Source: Candidatus Methanoperedens sp.
GTDB lineage: Archaea; Halobacteriota; Methanosarcinia; Methanosarcinales; Methanoperedenaceae
Assembly (NCBI GenBank): GCA_027460535.1
Contig: JAPZAR010000027.1
Location: 150,001 to 182,000 of the forward strand
DNA: 32,000 bases
Direction: 5' to 3'
In this document: positions 24,104 through 32,000 of the stretch, piece by piece
How the letters are laid out: every line of letters starts with the position of its first letter
Numbering within the stretch: position 1 is the stretch's first letter
Position numbers and translations under genes: made by a program
Notes under the pieces: generated by a model
Databases searched by the model: none
Seen by the model: only the letters and a program-made list of their open reading frames with translations
What the model was told of the DNA's origin: nothing

Positions 24104-25247
24104 ATGCGTGTATATAGAATCCCTCAGTCTTGGTTTAACTAATAATTGCAATTTAAATTGTTCTTATTGCTTTGAAGGTAAAAAGAACAAATTGACTATG
24201 TCGGTTGATACTGCAAAGAAATCAATCGATTGGCTATTTCGGAATGATGTTTCAGGGCCTGTCAGTAAGGTAGATATTTCCTTTTTTGGAGGAGAACCTC
24301 TACTCGAAATGAACACAATTAAGGAGATAATTATATATGCTCGTGAAAAAGCTGAATTAATCGGAAAAGAAGCCAACTTTTCAGCGACAACAAATGGTGT
24401 TCTTTTTGATAAAGAAATTGCAGAATACTGGATTGAAAATAACCTTGGGATACTTTTGAGCTGTGATGGAATAAAAAAAGCTCATGATATCAGCAGAAAG
24501 TCTCAGTCAGGAGAGGGATCTTTTGATCTTGTTGAAAAGAACTTTGATAATGTACTTTCATTAAACAAGGGAAAAGAGGTTAGGATGACATATACTCCTC
24601 ATACATGTAAATATATAGCTGATGGAGTGCAATATTTGAGCAATTGCGGTTTTGAAAGTATTTCCGTTTTTCCTTCCGAAGAAATGAAATGGACTGATCA
24701 AGACTTACTTGCCTGCGAAGAAAGTTTTTACAAAACAGGTGAATTCTTGGTAAATGCTCTTGAAAAGAATATTACTTTAATTATAAATCCTATCTCAAAT
24801 CGATTAAAATCATTATTAAATGAAGATACCAAAGTTTTGAATAATGAAATGTGTGGAGCAGGACGAACCTACGTAGGAATTGGCGTTGATGGAACCATAT
24901 ACCCATGCCACAGATTTGCATCTCATAATAATTTTTCTGGAGCATATCCTATAGGTAACATAATTAACGGTCTTGACGAGATAAAACGGATCCCCTTCCT
25001 AAGAATGAAAAAAAACCTACTGCTGGGTTGTGACATTGAATGTGATATATGTAGTCTTCATGGTAATTGCACTGGTGGCTGTATGGCTGCTAATTATGAT
25101 GTAACAGGTCATTTAACTCTAAGACCAAGGTCATTAAGATTTCATGAAATGATTTGGGATAATGTAGCGAAATCAATGATCGATTACTTTAAAGAAAATA
25201 ACTATGAATCTTTTCGAGAAAAAATTCTTGGATCTAAGGGAATGTAA
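24087..25247 (+). CDS. Radical SAM enzyme with C-terminal SPASM domain (anSME/peptide-maturase family)
   Basis: CNLNCSYC (Cx3Cx2C) near the N-terminus. SPASM signature CGAGRTYVGIGVDGTIYPC ... CDICSLHGNCTGGC (Cx2Cx5Cx3C). An alternative GTG start at 24108 lies 4 nt after the peptide stop and is preceded by GGGAGAG. Confidence 0.88.
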   Translation: MIGRVKCVYIESLSLGLTNNCNLNCSYCFEGKKNKLTMSVDTAKKSIDWLFRNDVSGPVSKVDISFFGGEPLLEMNTIKEIIIYAREKAELIGKEANFSATTNGVLFDKEIAEYWIENNLGILLSCDGIKKAHDISRKSQSGEGSFDLVEKNFDNVLSLNKGKEVRMTYTPHTCKYIADGVQYLSNCGFESISVFPSEEMKWTDQDLLACEESFYKTGEFLVNALEKNITLIINPISNRLKSLLNEDTKVLNNEMCGAGRTYVGIGVDGTIYPCHRFASHNNFSGAYPIGNIINGLDEIKRIPFLRMKKNLLLGCDIECDICSLHGNCTGGCMAANYDVTGHLTLRPRSLRFHEMIWDNVAKSMIDYFKENNYESFREKILGSKGM

Positions 25248-25510
25248 CGAATTTGCTGAAACTTCTATAATGTGAAACAAATATTATAGGAGTTGAGGGG
25301 ACGTGACGAAATATTCACAAAAGAGCAAACAAGAACATGGTTGAGGGAAAACAATCTGAAGGACGGAAAAAGCATTGTTTTAACAATTGCAACCTGCCTG
25401 TGGTCCACTATTCGTTGAATTGTTCTATTTCCTTATTTCCATATTATTAGTAAATTATGCTGTATTTAATTAAAACGGTTTTTTTTGGGCTCAGCCAGCA
25501 CTTCATCTCA

Positions 25511-25560
25511 TAATCCGACCGCCGTGGGTTCAAATCCCTCCCAGCCCGCTATTGATTTTT
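25511..25560 (+). repeat. Direct repeat of tRNA-Lys 3' half (att-like), preceded by a degenerate tRNA-like 5' stub (25487-25510)
   Basis: See the mobile_element entry. After a 3-bp insertion (att), the downstream gattttt is also shared. The 62-nt gggctcagcc...cccagcccg segment lacks a D-arm and cannot fold as a tRNA. Confidence 0.75.
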
Positions 25561-25587
25561 CAGATAACTATTCAAAGAGAATAGAGA

Positions 25588-25827
25588 ATGAGTATAGATG
25601 CTTTTGAGAGACTGCCAAGATTGAAATATCTCCACCGAAAGGATAATAAAAACCAATCTCAGCTGCTAAACACCTTTTCTAAATTCGCCGGAAAAAGAGA
25701 GATAACACAGCACCCGCAGCATTTTCCTGGATACATGATAAAATCAAAAAAAGGAGATGAACTAATATATCTATTGTTAATTCGATTAAAAAGGATAAGT
25801 GGACTTCCAGCTAACATTTGGGGATAA
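25588..25827 (+). CDS. Hypothetical small protein (weak call)
   Basis: 79-aa ORF with no recognisable motif. Its first codons (atgagtatagat) echo atgagtatcgat at 23428, downstream of the intact tRNA. Confidence 0.2.
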   Translation: MSIDAFERLPRLKYLHRKDNKNQSQLLNTFSKFAGKREITQHPQHFPGYMIKSKKGDELIYLLLIRLKRISGLPANIWG

Positions 25828-25892
25828 TTTCCTATGCGTAGAAAAAATAAAAAATAACTTGCCGGACATTAATTTTATATAACCTTTGGGAT

Positions 25893-27686
25893 TTAATGTC
25901 TTCTCACCGTCAGCATTGTACTGCCACTCATTCCTCCATAGGTTGCATTGATTATAGTTGTTCCTGATGACAAGGCTCTGGCTAAACCAGTAGTAGCAGA
26001 TATTGTGGCTACCCCAGGATTTGAACTTGCCCAGGTGGCAAGGTTTGTTATATCTACTGTCGTTCCATCCGAATATTTCCCTGTTGCTCGATACGATAGT
26101 TTGGAGCCTATCGATATTGTGCGATTTGCCGGAGTCACTGAAATTGATACCAGAGTTGGAACAGTTGGAACTATAACTGTTATATTTGCATTATGAGTGA
26201 ATGAACTATTTGCGCCGGTCACTGTAACTGTATAAATCCCGGCAGCAGCAGTGGAGGAAACTGATATCGATAGTGCTGATGTGTTAAGACCTCCTGAGTG
26301 TATTACAAGTGAAGAATGGCTGAGATTAGTGGTTAAATCAGATGGATTAGATAGTGTTAATGAAACCGTGTCGCTGAATCCGTTAAGCGATGTTACAATT
26401 ATATTCGCAGTTCCCAGGGCCCCATTTTGGATTGTCAAAGTAGACGGCGAGGCTGAGATTGAGAAGTCAGCCGTTGCGGCCGCATTATAATTAACTGTGA
26501 GAGGACTGCCTAGACCAGTAACATAATCATAACCCGTCGTTGCAGTGCAATAATATCCACAAAGTCCATTTGTTCCGCTTAGTATATCTCTAAAATAAGA
26601 TGGATAATTTACTGATTTTGCATTTTGATAAAAGTTATTATTTGATGTAGAAAGTCCTACAGATTGGATTGCTGCCCATTGAGGTGCACCTGCGCTTGTT
26701 CCACCAACCGCCAACCACCCCCCGTAACCATATGTATCATACACCGATACTGGTGAATTCTGATAATCAGCGTTGTATGAAACATCAGGCACAGCACGTT
26801 TGCCATTTGTACGTGGTACGCCAAAGTTGATTTGATAAGACGGCTCAGTTTCATATACGCTCAGGCCTCCTCCACTTCCACTCCAGGCAGTCTCTGAAAC
26901 AAGCGAGCCACCGCTGAAAGTGAGACTGGTTCCACCAACTCCGACTACGTTTGATGAGACAGCAGGCCATAGCACACCCGCTCCTCCATCTCCAGAGGAG
27001 GCAAAGAATGTTATTGGTGCTCCATTAAGGCTCGTAAAATATGGATCAAAACTGGATTCTCCGGAAAACTCTCCTCCACCCCAGCTCATTGATATTGCCA
27101 CAACATCCGAGCGGCGCCGGGCATAATCAACTGCCGCGAGAAGATCATTTCCGCTGTTACTATTTGCTTCAACCAGAAGTATCTTTGCATTTTGTGCAAT
27201 TGCATGAGCCCATTGGGTATCAAGTGCTATCTCAAGTCCCCAACCACTGTCTGTAGGAATACTTGGCGACATCATATGTTTTTCAAAACAACCATTCGAA
27301 GTCGTGCATTGAGGCAGACCGAATGCACTGCTGAACACATTTAAATCACTTTCAACGTTCGGATCATCAAAAGCATCAATAATTGCAATTGTTCCGCTAC
27401 CTCCTGATGGAGGAAGATTATATACTGTTTTAATTTGCGCCGGGGAAAGAGGTGAAGCGATTGCTGGGCTAAGACCTCCACGAACATGGACTGGTGGTTG
27501 CGCTGACCAATTATGTGGAAACACATCTGGCAATATCCGTGGCGCATCTCCTTTTGAATGGCTTTCCGAGGCTGTGGCAATTGGGACTCCTGCAATGAGT
27601 ACCTGTAATATAAACGATACAGCGATGAAAATAGTGAACACTCGTGTTTGAATTTTTGTTTTTACCATTGTTTTTCGACCTGCCAA
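25893..27686 (-). CDS. Secreted S53 (sedolisin/kumamolisin-like) serine-carboxyl peptidase with C-terminal Ig-like (Big_2) domains
   Basis: Signal/TM segment FTIFIAVSFILQVLIAGVPIATA. Sedolisin blocks are GLEIALDTQWAHAIAQNA (E..D), ISMSWGG and GGTSAGAPQWAA (catalytic Ser). The C-terminal VSISVTPANRTISIGSKLSYRATGKYSDGTTVDITNLATWASSNPGVATI is a Big_2 pattern. Confidence 0.8.
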   Translation of the reverse strand: MAGRKTMVKTKIQTRVFTIFIAVSFILQVLIAGVPIATASESHSKGDAPRILPDVFPHNWSAQPPVHVRGGLSPAIASPLSPAQIKTVYNLPPSGGSGTIAIIDAFDDPNVESDLNVFSSAFGLPQCTTSNGCFEKHMMSPSIPTDSGWGLEIALDTQWAHAIAQNAKILLVEANSNSGNDLLAAVDYARRRSDVVAISMSWGGGEFSGESSFDPYFTSLNGAPITFFASSGDGGAGVLWPAVSSNVVGVGGTSLTFSGGSLVSETAWSGSGGGLSVYETEPSYQINFGVPRTNGKRAVPDVSYNADYQNSPVSVYDTYGYGGWLAVGGTSAGAPQWAAIQSVGLSTSNNNFYQNAKSVNYPSYFRDILSGTNGLCGYYCTATTGYDYVTGLGSPLTVNYNAAATADFSISASPSTLTIQNGALGTANIIVTSLNGFSDTVSLTLSNPSDLTTNLSHSSLVIHSGGLNTSALSISVSSTAAAGIYTVTVTGANSSFTHNANITVIVPTVPTLVSISVTPANRTISIGSKLSYRATGKYSDGTTVDITNLATWASSNPGVATISATTGLARALSSGTTIINATYGGMSGSTMLTVRRH

Positions 27687-28041
27687 TAGTTTATATCCGC
27701 TTGTTTGCTATATAATAATGCTGGTCATTAACCACGTTCATGAAGAAGCCAATTGGAAACTGAAATCCCTGGGTTCTTCCACCAGTCATTACTCTGAGTT
27801 TAAAAATCTAAATTAAACATATTATACCCAATTTTCTTAAAAATATATATTCGTCATGAACCAGCCAGATTGGAATTCCAGGGAATCGGGGAGATGCTCA
27901 GAGGGCTGTATTATTCAGATAAATTGATTGTTTCTTTTCCATCAGACGCAAGGCAACGTATTGATTGAATAATTTTTTGCCTGTATCTTAACTTAGCCTA
28001 ATTTATATAACCTGAATAAAAAATAAAAAGAGTAAAGTCTT

Positions 28042-29496
28042 CTAATTTGTTATCTTTACTCTTTGTTTCATCAGTTCTTCTTCTATGTCCACTCTTGGCG
28101 CGTTCATTGTAATGGGACTATATGCAATTACCGCTGCATCCTGAGCCAGGATGTCTTTAGTAGCAGGATCCAGCAATTGCACATAGTGCACAAGAGCAAA
28201 AGGTGACGAACCCCAATTACCTACCGGGATCGGAATTGTATGTGTCTTGTTATATCCGGCTGGTAATGAAGCCTTTGCTTTAGTAACCCATTTATTAGAT
28301 TGAGGAACTCCTATGTACCACTCGAATGCCACAGGATTGGTTGTTGGATTGGTTATATTAAGAGTGACCATCATTGTGTCGCCTGTAGAATAGCTGGATT
28401 TATCTGTATTGATCGAAACAACATAGGGAGGCAACTGTCCATAATGAAGAAGACGATTATCGCTAAGTGTCACCCAAACATCATCGGACCCACTCCCCCA
28501 AACTGCATTAGCTGGAGGAATAGCCCCAAATGCTGTGATATTCTGCCAGATCGATCCATCAAAATGATAAACACGCCCGCTTGTCCACCGATCACGCCAA
28601 CCAACGACATAAATATCATTCTTGCTTGATCCCCATATCCCTAATGCTGTCCCGGCATAAGAACTCCCGTAGCCTGGTGGATCGCTAAGGACTGTTCCAT
28701 ATTTACTTCCCCATGAACCAACTTTACTTCCAGGATAAGTTTCATTGAATCGCCAGACACGGATACCATTTACGAAATTATTGCTTCCGGCTGCATAGAG
28801 ATGGAGTAATCCCATATCATCTCTCATTCCCCAAGCGTCGTAAATATCACAGAAATCAAAACCTCGATAAAAAGTCCACGTATTTCCGTCCCAAAGCCAG
28901 TGACCCCAACAATCAGTTACATAGATTTCATTCCTGCTGACATAAGCTAATTGATCACTCCAGCTATCGCCAAAAGAACCACTTTCGACTTTCCAGGCAG
29001 TTCCATTATATCTAAGAATTGTACGAATGCCAGTTCCAGTAATAAATGTCGCATATACATTCCCATATTCTCCTCCAAAATCATAAAAATACCCTTGAAT
29101 TTCTCCAGGAGGAGACTGTTCGATCCAGTTTAACCCATTATAATGGTATATAATAGGTTTATTTAAAGCAGAGTTATAACCCGAAGCAAATATATCCGAA
29201 GGACCTGTTCCAAATATACGTCCATTGCTAATTCCCGGAAGGTTAAGCTCCTGGCTCCATATTCCCCCATTCAAGTGGTAAAGGAAAGACCCCGTCGTAC
29301 TCTCCACCCAAACATAGAGATTGTCTGGTTGGTCTGTCCAGAGTTTTCCGAGCGTTGCCCCTTCAGGCAAACCGGGAATGGTCACAAAATTCCAAGTTGA
29401 TGTAATTTCAGTAGCTTGTGCTGGGATACTGATTACTAACAAAAGCAAATATATTATGCCAAAGTTTATACAGTGAGTCCGCAAATTAAATTTCAA
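28042..29496 (-). CDS. Secreted beta-propeller repeat protein with C-terminal Ig-like domain (unknown function)
   Basis: Signal peptide INFGIIYLLLLVISIPAQA. About 7 repeats of a [IV][WY].[ST]G....[IV][YW]....G.[IVL].[HR][YF][ND]G..W blade-like motif. The TTG start at 29496 is preceded by GAGGAGG. The ORF track extends to 29589. Confidence 0.65.
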   Translation of the reverse strand: MKFNLRTHCINFGIIYLLLLVISIPAQATEITSTWNFVTIPGLPEGATLGKLWTDQPDNLYVWVESTTGSFLYHLNGGIWSQELNLPGISNGRIFGTGPSDIFASGYNSALNKPIIYHYNGLNWIEQSPPGEIQGYFYDFGGEYGNVYATFITGTGIRTILRYNGTAWKVESGSFGDSWSDQLAYVSRNEIYVTDCWGHWLWDGNTWTFYRGFDFCDIYDAWGMRDDMGLLHLYAAGSNNFVNGIRVWRFNETYPGSKVGSWGSKYGTVLSDPPGYGSSYAGTALGIWGSSKNDIYVVGWRDRWTSGRVYHFDGSIWQNITAFGAIPPANAVWGSGSDDVWVTLSDNRLLHYGQLPPYVVSINTDKSSYSTGDTMMVTLNITNPTTNPVAFEWYIGVPQSNKWVTKAKASLPAGYNKTHTIPIPVGNWGSSPFALVHYVQLLDPATKDILAQDAAVIAYSPITMNAPRVDIEEELMKQRVKITN

Positions 29497-29666
29497 ATTT
29501 ATTCCTCCTCTAACCAATTTCAAACCCGTTTTTAATAAGACAACTATCTTAATAAAAAATACTTGCCCCAGACTTACTAATGCAATCACATTGATAAAAG
29601 TTTCGATTTATTTAGTTGTATAGATCAGACATTTTCCTGTGGTGAGTACCGTTTCAAGTTTTTCAA

Positions 29667-29813
29667 TCAATTCTTTCCCTGCGACCTGCACATGCCCAGT
29701 AATGATGCAATATACTGATAATTCTCAGTTCCATTTTCTGAACGGAAACATCCAATGATCTTTCGCATTATCACATGCTCTCGCATAGAGATCATGAGCC
29801 TTGAAATATCAAA
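29667..29813 (-). pseudogene. Possible transposase C-terminal remnant (IS66-like pattern)
   Basis: The minus-strand fragment FDISRLMISMREHVIMRKIIGCFRSENGTENYQYIASLLGMCRSQGKN* resembles the E..R....RK......S..G.......SL..T.K..G.(N/D)P region of IS66-family TnpC. It is flanked by stops in all frames. Weak and from memory only. Confidence 0.2.
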
Positions 29814-30084
29814 TCATATTACTAGCCATTGCAAGCTCAGGATTACGAATCTCTGAATTGTTATATGCTGATATTGATAGAAAGAATAGAATGCTGTCAC
29901 CTCAATCTCATGAAGGTAAGTACTGAAAGAGATTTAAGAGAAAGCAAGCTAAAGATTTTGGCCTAATCAATCTTTATCTGCCATCCAACTCTTGTTCCAG
30001 ATGGCTTTTTACCAGCTTAATTCAGACTTGGATCCCGGAAAGATTGAAAAGGATTGTACAACAACATATAGCGGCATTTCGAGT

Positions 30085-31443
30085 TCAAGAAAAGGAACTC
30101 AATATCTTCCCGTTCTTGAATAGTGTTATTCTTCCCCCACTCTCGGACACTACTATTCCAATCGCTTTTGTTGCCATTGTCATGGCTGCCACTGAAAAAT
30201 GCTTGGTTCCTAAACCTTTGGGGATATCGACCATACTCGCATCTGCCGTTAGGAACCGGCATGCCGCTTCCACTAAACCATCACCACCTATCACGAAGAC
30301 ACCATCCAATTGAGCCAGTTCCTTGATGGTATTACTGAATTCAGGATCGGTAATCATTCGCTCTTTTTTAGGGATTCCTTCAACCGGATTATGGATCAAC
30401 TGCTTTGATCTGGCCAGTACGTCCTTTGAGTTTCCAATTATGAAGGCAGTGCCAACAGGTTTTCCTTCTCTTCCTTCTCTGGATATCTCAACAGCAATAT
30501 TGAAAACAGACTCTAAAACAGGAGATTTAATATCAGCGCCCGATATTATCTTCTCCACTTGGCTCGATATATTCATATTTTCTTTCCTTTGGATGAAATA
30601 TTCAAGACCCGGTGCATTGAGCATCTCTTTTTTGTCTTTTTTTTCTGTTTCCAGGATCCCGGCAAATTCAGATTTCACCTGTTGCCCTATACCTAATAAA
30701 AGTCCACCCAAATCCGGTGTTGTTTTATTATCCTCCGGTCCTATCACATCTTCCCTGACTTTGGGCACCTCTTCCTTTATTTTCAATTTATCCATCGCAG
30801 ATGCAGCTTTAATACGTAATTCATGGGATGGATGGTTGCTCTGAAGGTATGATAAAATATCGTACGCATCTTCAACGATTGTTGGATCTTTATCTGCGAT
30901 ATTTTTTATTATCTTGCATGCATAGATTCTTTCGTCCAGATTGAGACCATTTAAAGCCAGATTCAATTCTCTTGTATGGCCTTTAAAGAATTCAGGGTGA
31001 AGTATGGCAATAGATCCGAGGAGATAATAAGCATTTTCTCTAACAGTTACGTTCATATTTCGAAGACTTAAAAGCAATCCAGGAACTGCAATGTTCATCT
31101 TTTCCGGATGTTTTTGATAGATCTTGTGCATGATTTCAAGGGTCTTCAGGATTTCACCTGTATGGAGGTCTTTTTGCAGGCAGCTCGCAATTAGATTTAC
31201 GGAGTCTGATATTATTCCTGTGTCTTTATCAGCGACAACATTTAAGGCCGAGATGGCAGATTTGAAAGATATTGTATCAAATTTCTTTAAAATAGATATG
31301 AGTGACCCCGCTGTTTCCGGCACCAGAGATGGTTCTTTATTGAGTATTTCACTGAGATTGATTATATCGGTTCCACTTGCCGTGCCTCTTTCGATCTTTC
31401 TGATTATGCTTTGGGCTTTTTTTTTCGGGTTATTAAGCAACAA
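30085..31443 (-). CDS. HEAT/ARM-repeat protein fused to a DisA_N (diadenylate cyclase, DAC)-fold domain with non-canonical motifs
   Basis: The C-terminal LDGVFVIGGDGLVEAACRFLTADASMVDIPKGLGTKHFSVAAMTMATKAIGIVVSESGGRITLFKNGKI aligns to the CdaA/DisA DAC core. The motifs are DGV instead of DGA and GTKHF instead of GTRHR. The N-terminal ~230 aa have HEAT-like repeats (NVTVRENAYYLLGSIA, ERIYACKIIKNIADKDP). Confidence 0.7.
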   Translation of the reverse strand: MLLNNPKKKAQSIIRKIERGTASGTDIINLSEILNKEPSLVPETAGSLISILKKFDTISFKSAISALNVVADKDTGIISDSVNLIASCLQKDLHTGEILKTLEIMHKIYQKHPEKMNIAVPGLLLSLRNMNVTVRENAYYLLGSIAILHPEFFKGHTRELNLALNGLNLDERIYACKIIKNIADKDPTIVEDAYDILSYLQSNHPSHELRIKAASAMDKLKIKEEVPKVREDVIGPEDNKTTPDLGGLLLGIGQQVKSEFAGILETEKKDKKEMLNAPGLEYFIQRKENMNISSQVEKIISGADIKSPVLESVFNIAVEISREGREGKPVGTAFIIGNSKDVLARSKQLIHNPVEGIPKKERMITDPEFSNTIKELAQLDGVFVIGGDGLVEAACRFLTADASMVDIPKGLGTKHFSVAAMTMATKAIGIVVSESGGRITLFKNGKILSSFS

Positions 31444-31671
31444 TATTTACCTCTCAGCAAATTATGCTACTCCTCGTTAGAGTATAAAAGTTTTGACATA
31501 GCTGCTGTCTTTTCCGGTCCGGTTATACCGATTATTTTTTGAATGGTTCCCTTGGGATGCGATGGGCATGTGGGGATTCAGTCCCGCCACGCAGGTCTAT
31601 ACTTCCCTTGAAACGATCGCGGCGAATGGTACCGCCTCTTGTGGGGATGTTAAAGGAAAGAGGAAAATAAT

Positions 31672-31797
31672 TCAAGGCCACACCGCTTTTATGATATCGA
31701 ATTCTGGAATTACATAATAATAGAATACTGCCAGAACTGCTGCAGCTGCGATTATTTCTGCAATTATCACGAGAATTCCTGCCTTACCTCCGGACAT
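31672..31797 (-). CDS. Possible 41-aa single-TM micro-protein
   Basis: My own translation reads MSGGKAGILVIIAEIIAAAAVLAVFYYYVIPEFDIIKAVWP*. A GAGGT box lies 6 nt upstream of the ATG. The ORF is below the ORF-track length cut-off. Confidence 0.3.
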   Translation of the reverse strand: MSGGKAGILVIIAEIIAAAAVLAVFYYYVIPEFDIIKAVWP

Positions 31798-32000
31798 ATT
31801 AGACCTCTTTACCAAGTTGGAATGTTATTTCTTATAACTATATATTTATGTGAATATTTATAACTTTCTAATCCAACGATTGTAATTCATCCCGGTCCTA
31901 CATTAACTTATATTGTAAACATAAACTGCGTCGTTGTAGAGAGCTCCTTCCGTATCTTCAACAAATGTGGATAATAAATCGTCATGGAATCCCTCTCCTC

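Larger units (their letters stand above)
23402..25550. mobile_element. Putative integrase-less integrated islet bounded by tRNA-Lys and a direct repeat of its 3' half
   Basis: taatccgacGgccgtgggttcaaatccctcccagcccgct (23374-23403) is repeated at 25511-25550 with 1 mismatch. The interior is visibly more AT-rich than the flanking hmgA and carries only the Cys-repeat peptide and the rSAM/SPASM gene. Confidence 0.45.

Noticed and set aside
25487-25548. Second tRNA, or a split-tRNA 3' half gene
   Set aside because: The segment is only 62 nt and has no D-arm. The 5' acceptor strand (GGGCTCA) does not pair with CCAGCCC, and the anticodon stem 5' strand is missing. A duplicated att site from an integration event is the simpler explanation.

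Overview
Chromosomal window from an archaeon. I infer a methanogen or ANME-like member of the Methanosarcinales from the gene content: CimA-type citramalate synthase, class III RNR with an NrdH-like redoxin, class II HMG-CoA reductase, and a tRNA with no encoded CCA. All calls come from reading the supplied ORF translations and the DNA by eye. No database search was run.

Core genes, in mid-GC sequence:
- mobB (partial, minus strand, missing from the ORF track) and argS
- nrdH-like redoxin and nrdD
- M42 peptidase
- cimA, ilvB, ilvN and ilvC
- a cupredoxin lipoprotein and a DsrE-like protein
- a UPF0175/PIN-like toxin-antitoxin pair
- hmgA and tRNA-Lys(CUU)

Three accessory blocks interrupt the core:
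1. About 5.2-13.4 kb lies between nrdD and the M42/cimA-ilv block. It holds a transglutaminase-like pair, a translationally coupled SAMHD1-type HD phosphohydrolase plus Panacea/DUF4065-like gene pair, and a very AT-rich overlapping three-gene operon (DUF262/ParB-like, ABC/AAA_15-like ATPase, unknown 307-aa protein). The gene sets are separated by copies of a GC-rich structured repeat family. The copies at 9.1 and 12.8 kb carry HsdS-like C-terminal coding remnants.
2. About 23.4-25.55 kb is an AT-rich islet of about 2.1 kb. It lies between an intact tRNA-Lys and a direct repeat of that tRNA's 3' half. It encodes a 141-aa peptide with nine Cys at an exact 3-residue period, followed by a radical SAM/SPASM enzyme. 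This is my best candidate for an undescribed system (an archaeal RiPP-like cluster).
3. About 25.9-31.4 kb holds a secreted S53 sedolisin-like protease, a secreted beta-propeller protein, a transposase-like remnant, and a HEAT-repeat protein fused to a DAC (diadenylate cyclase) fold with non-canonical motifs.

A notable anomaly: the conserved N-terminus of cimA is encoded upstream of any canonical in-frame start codon.
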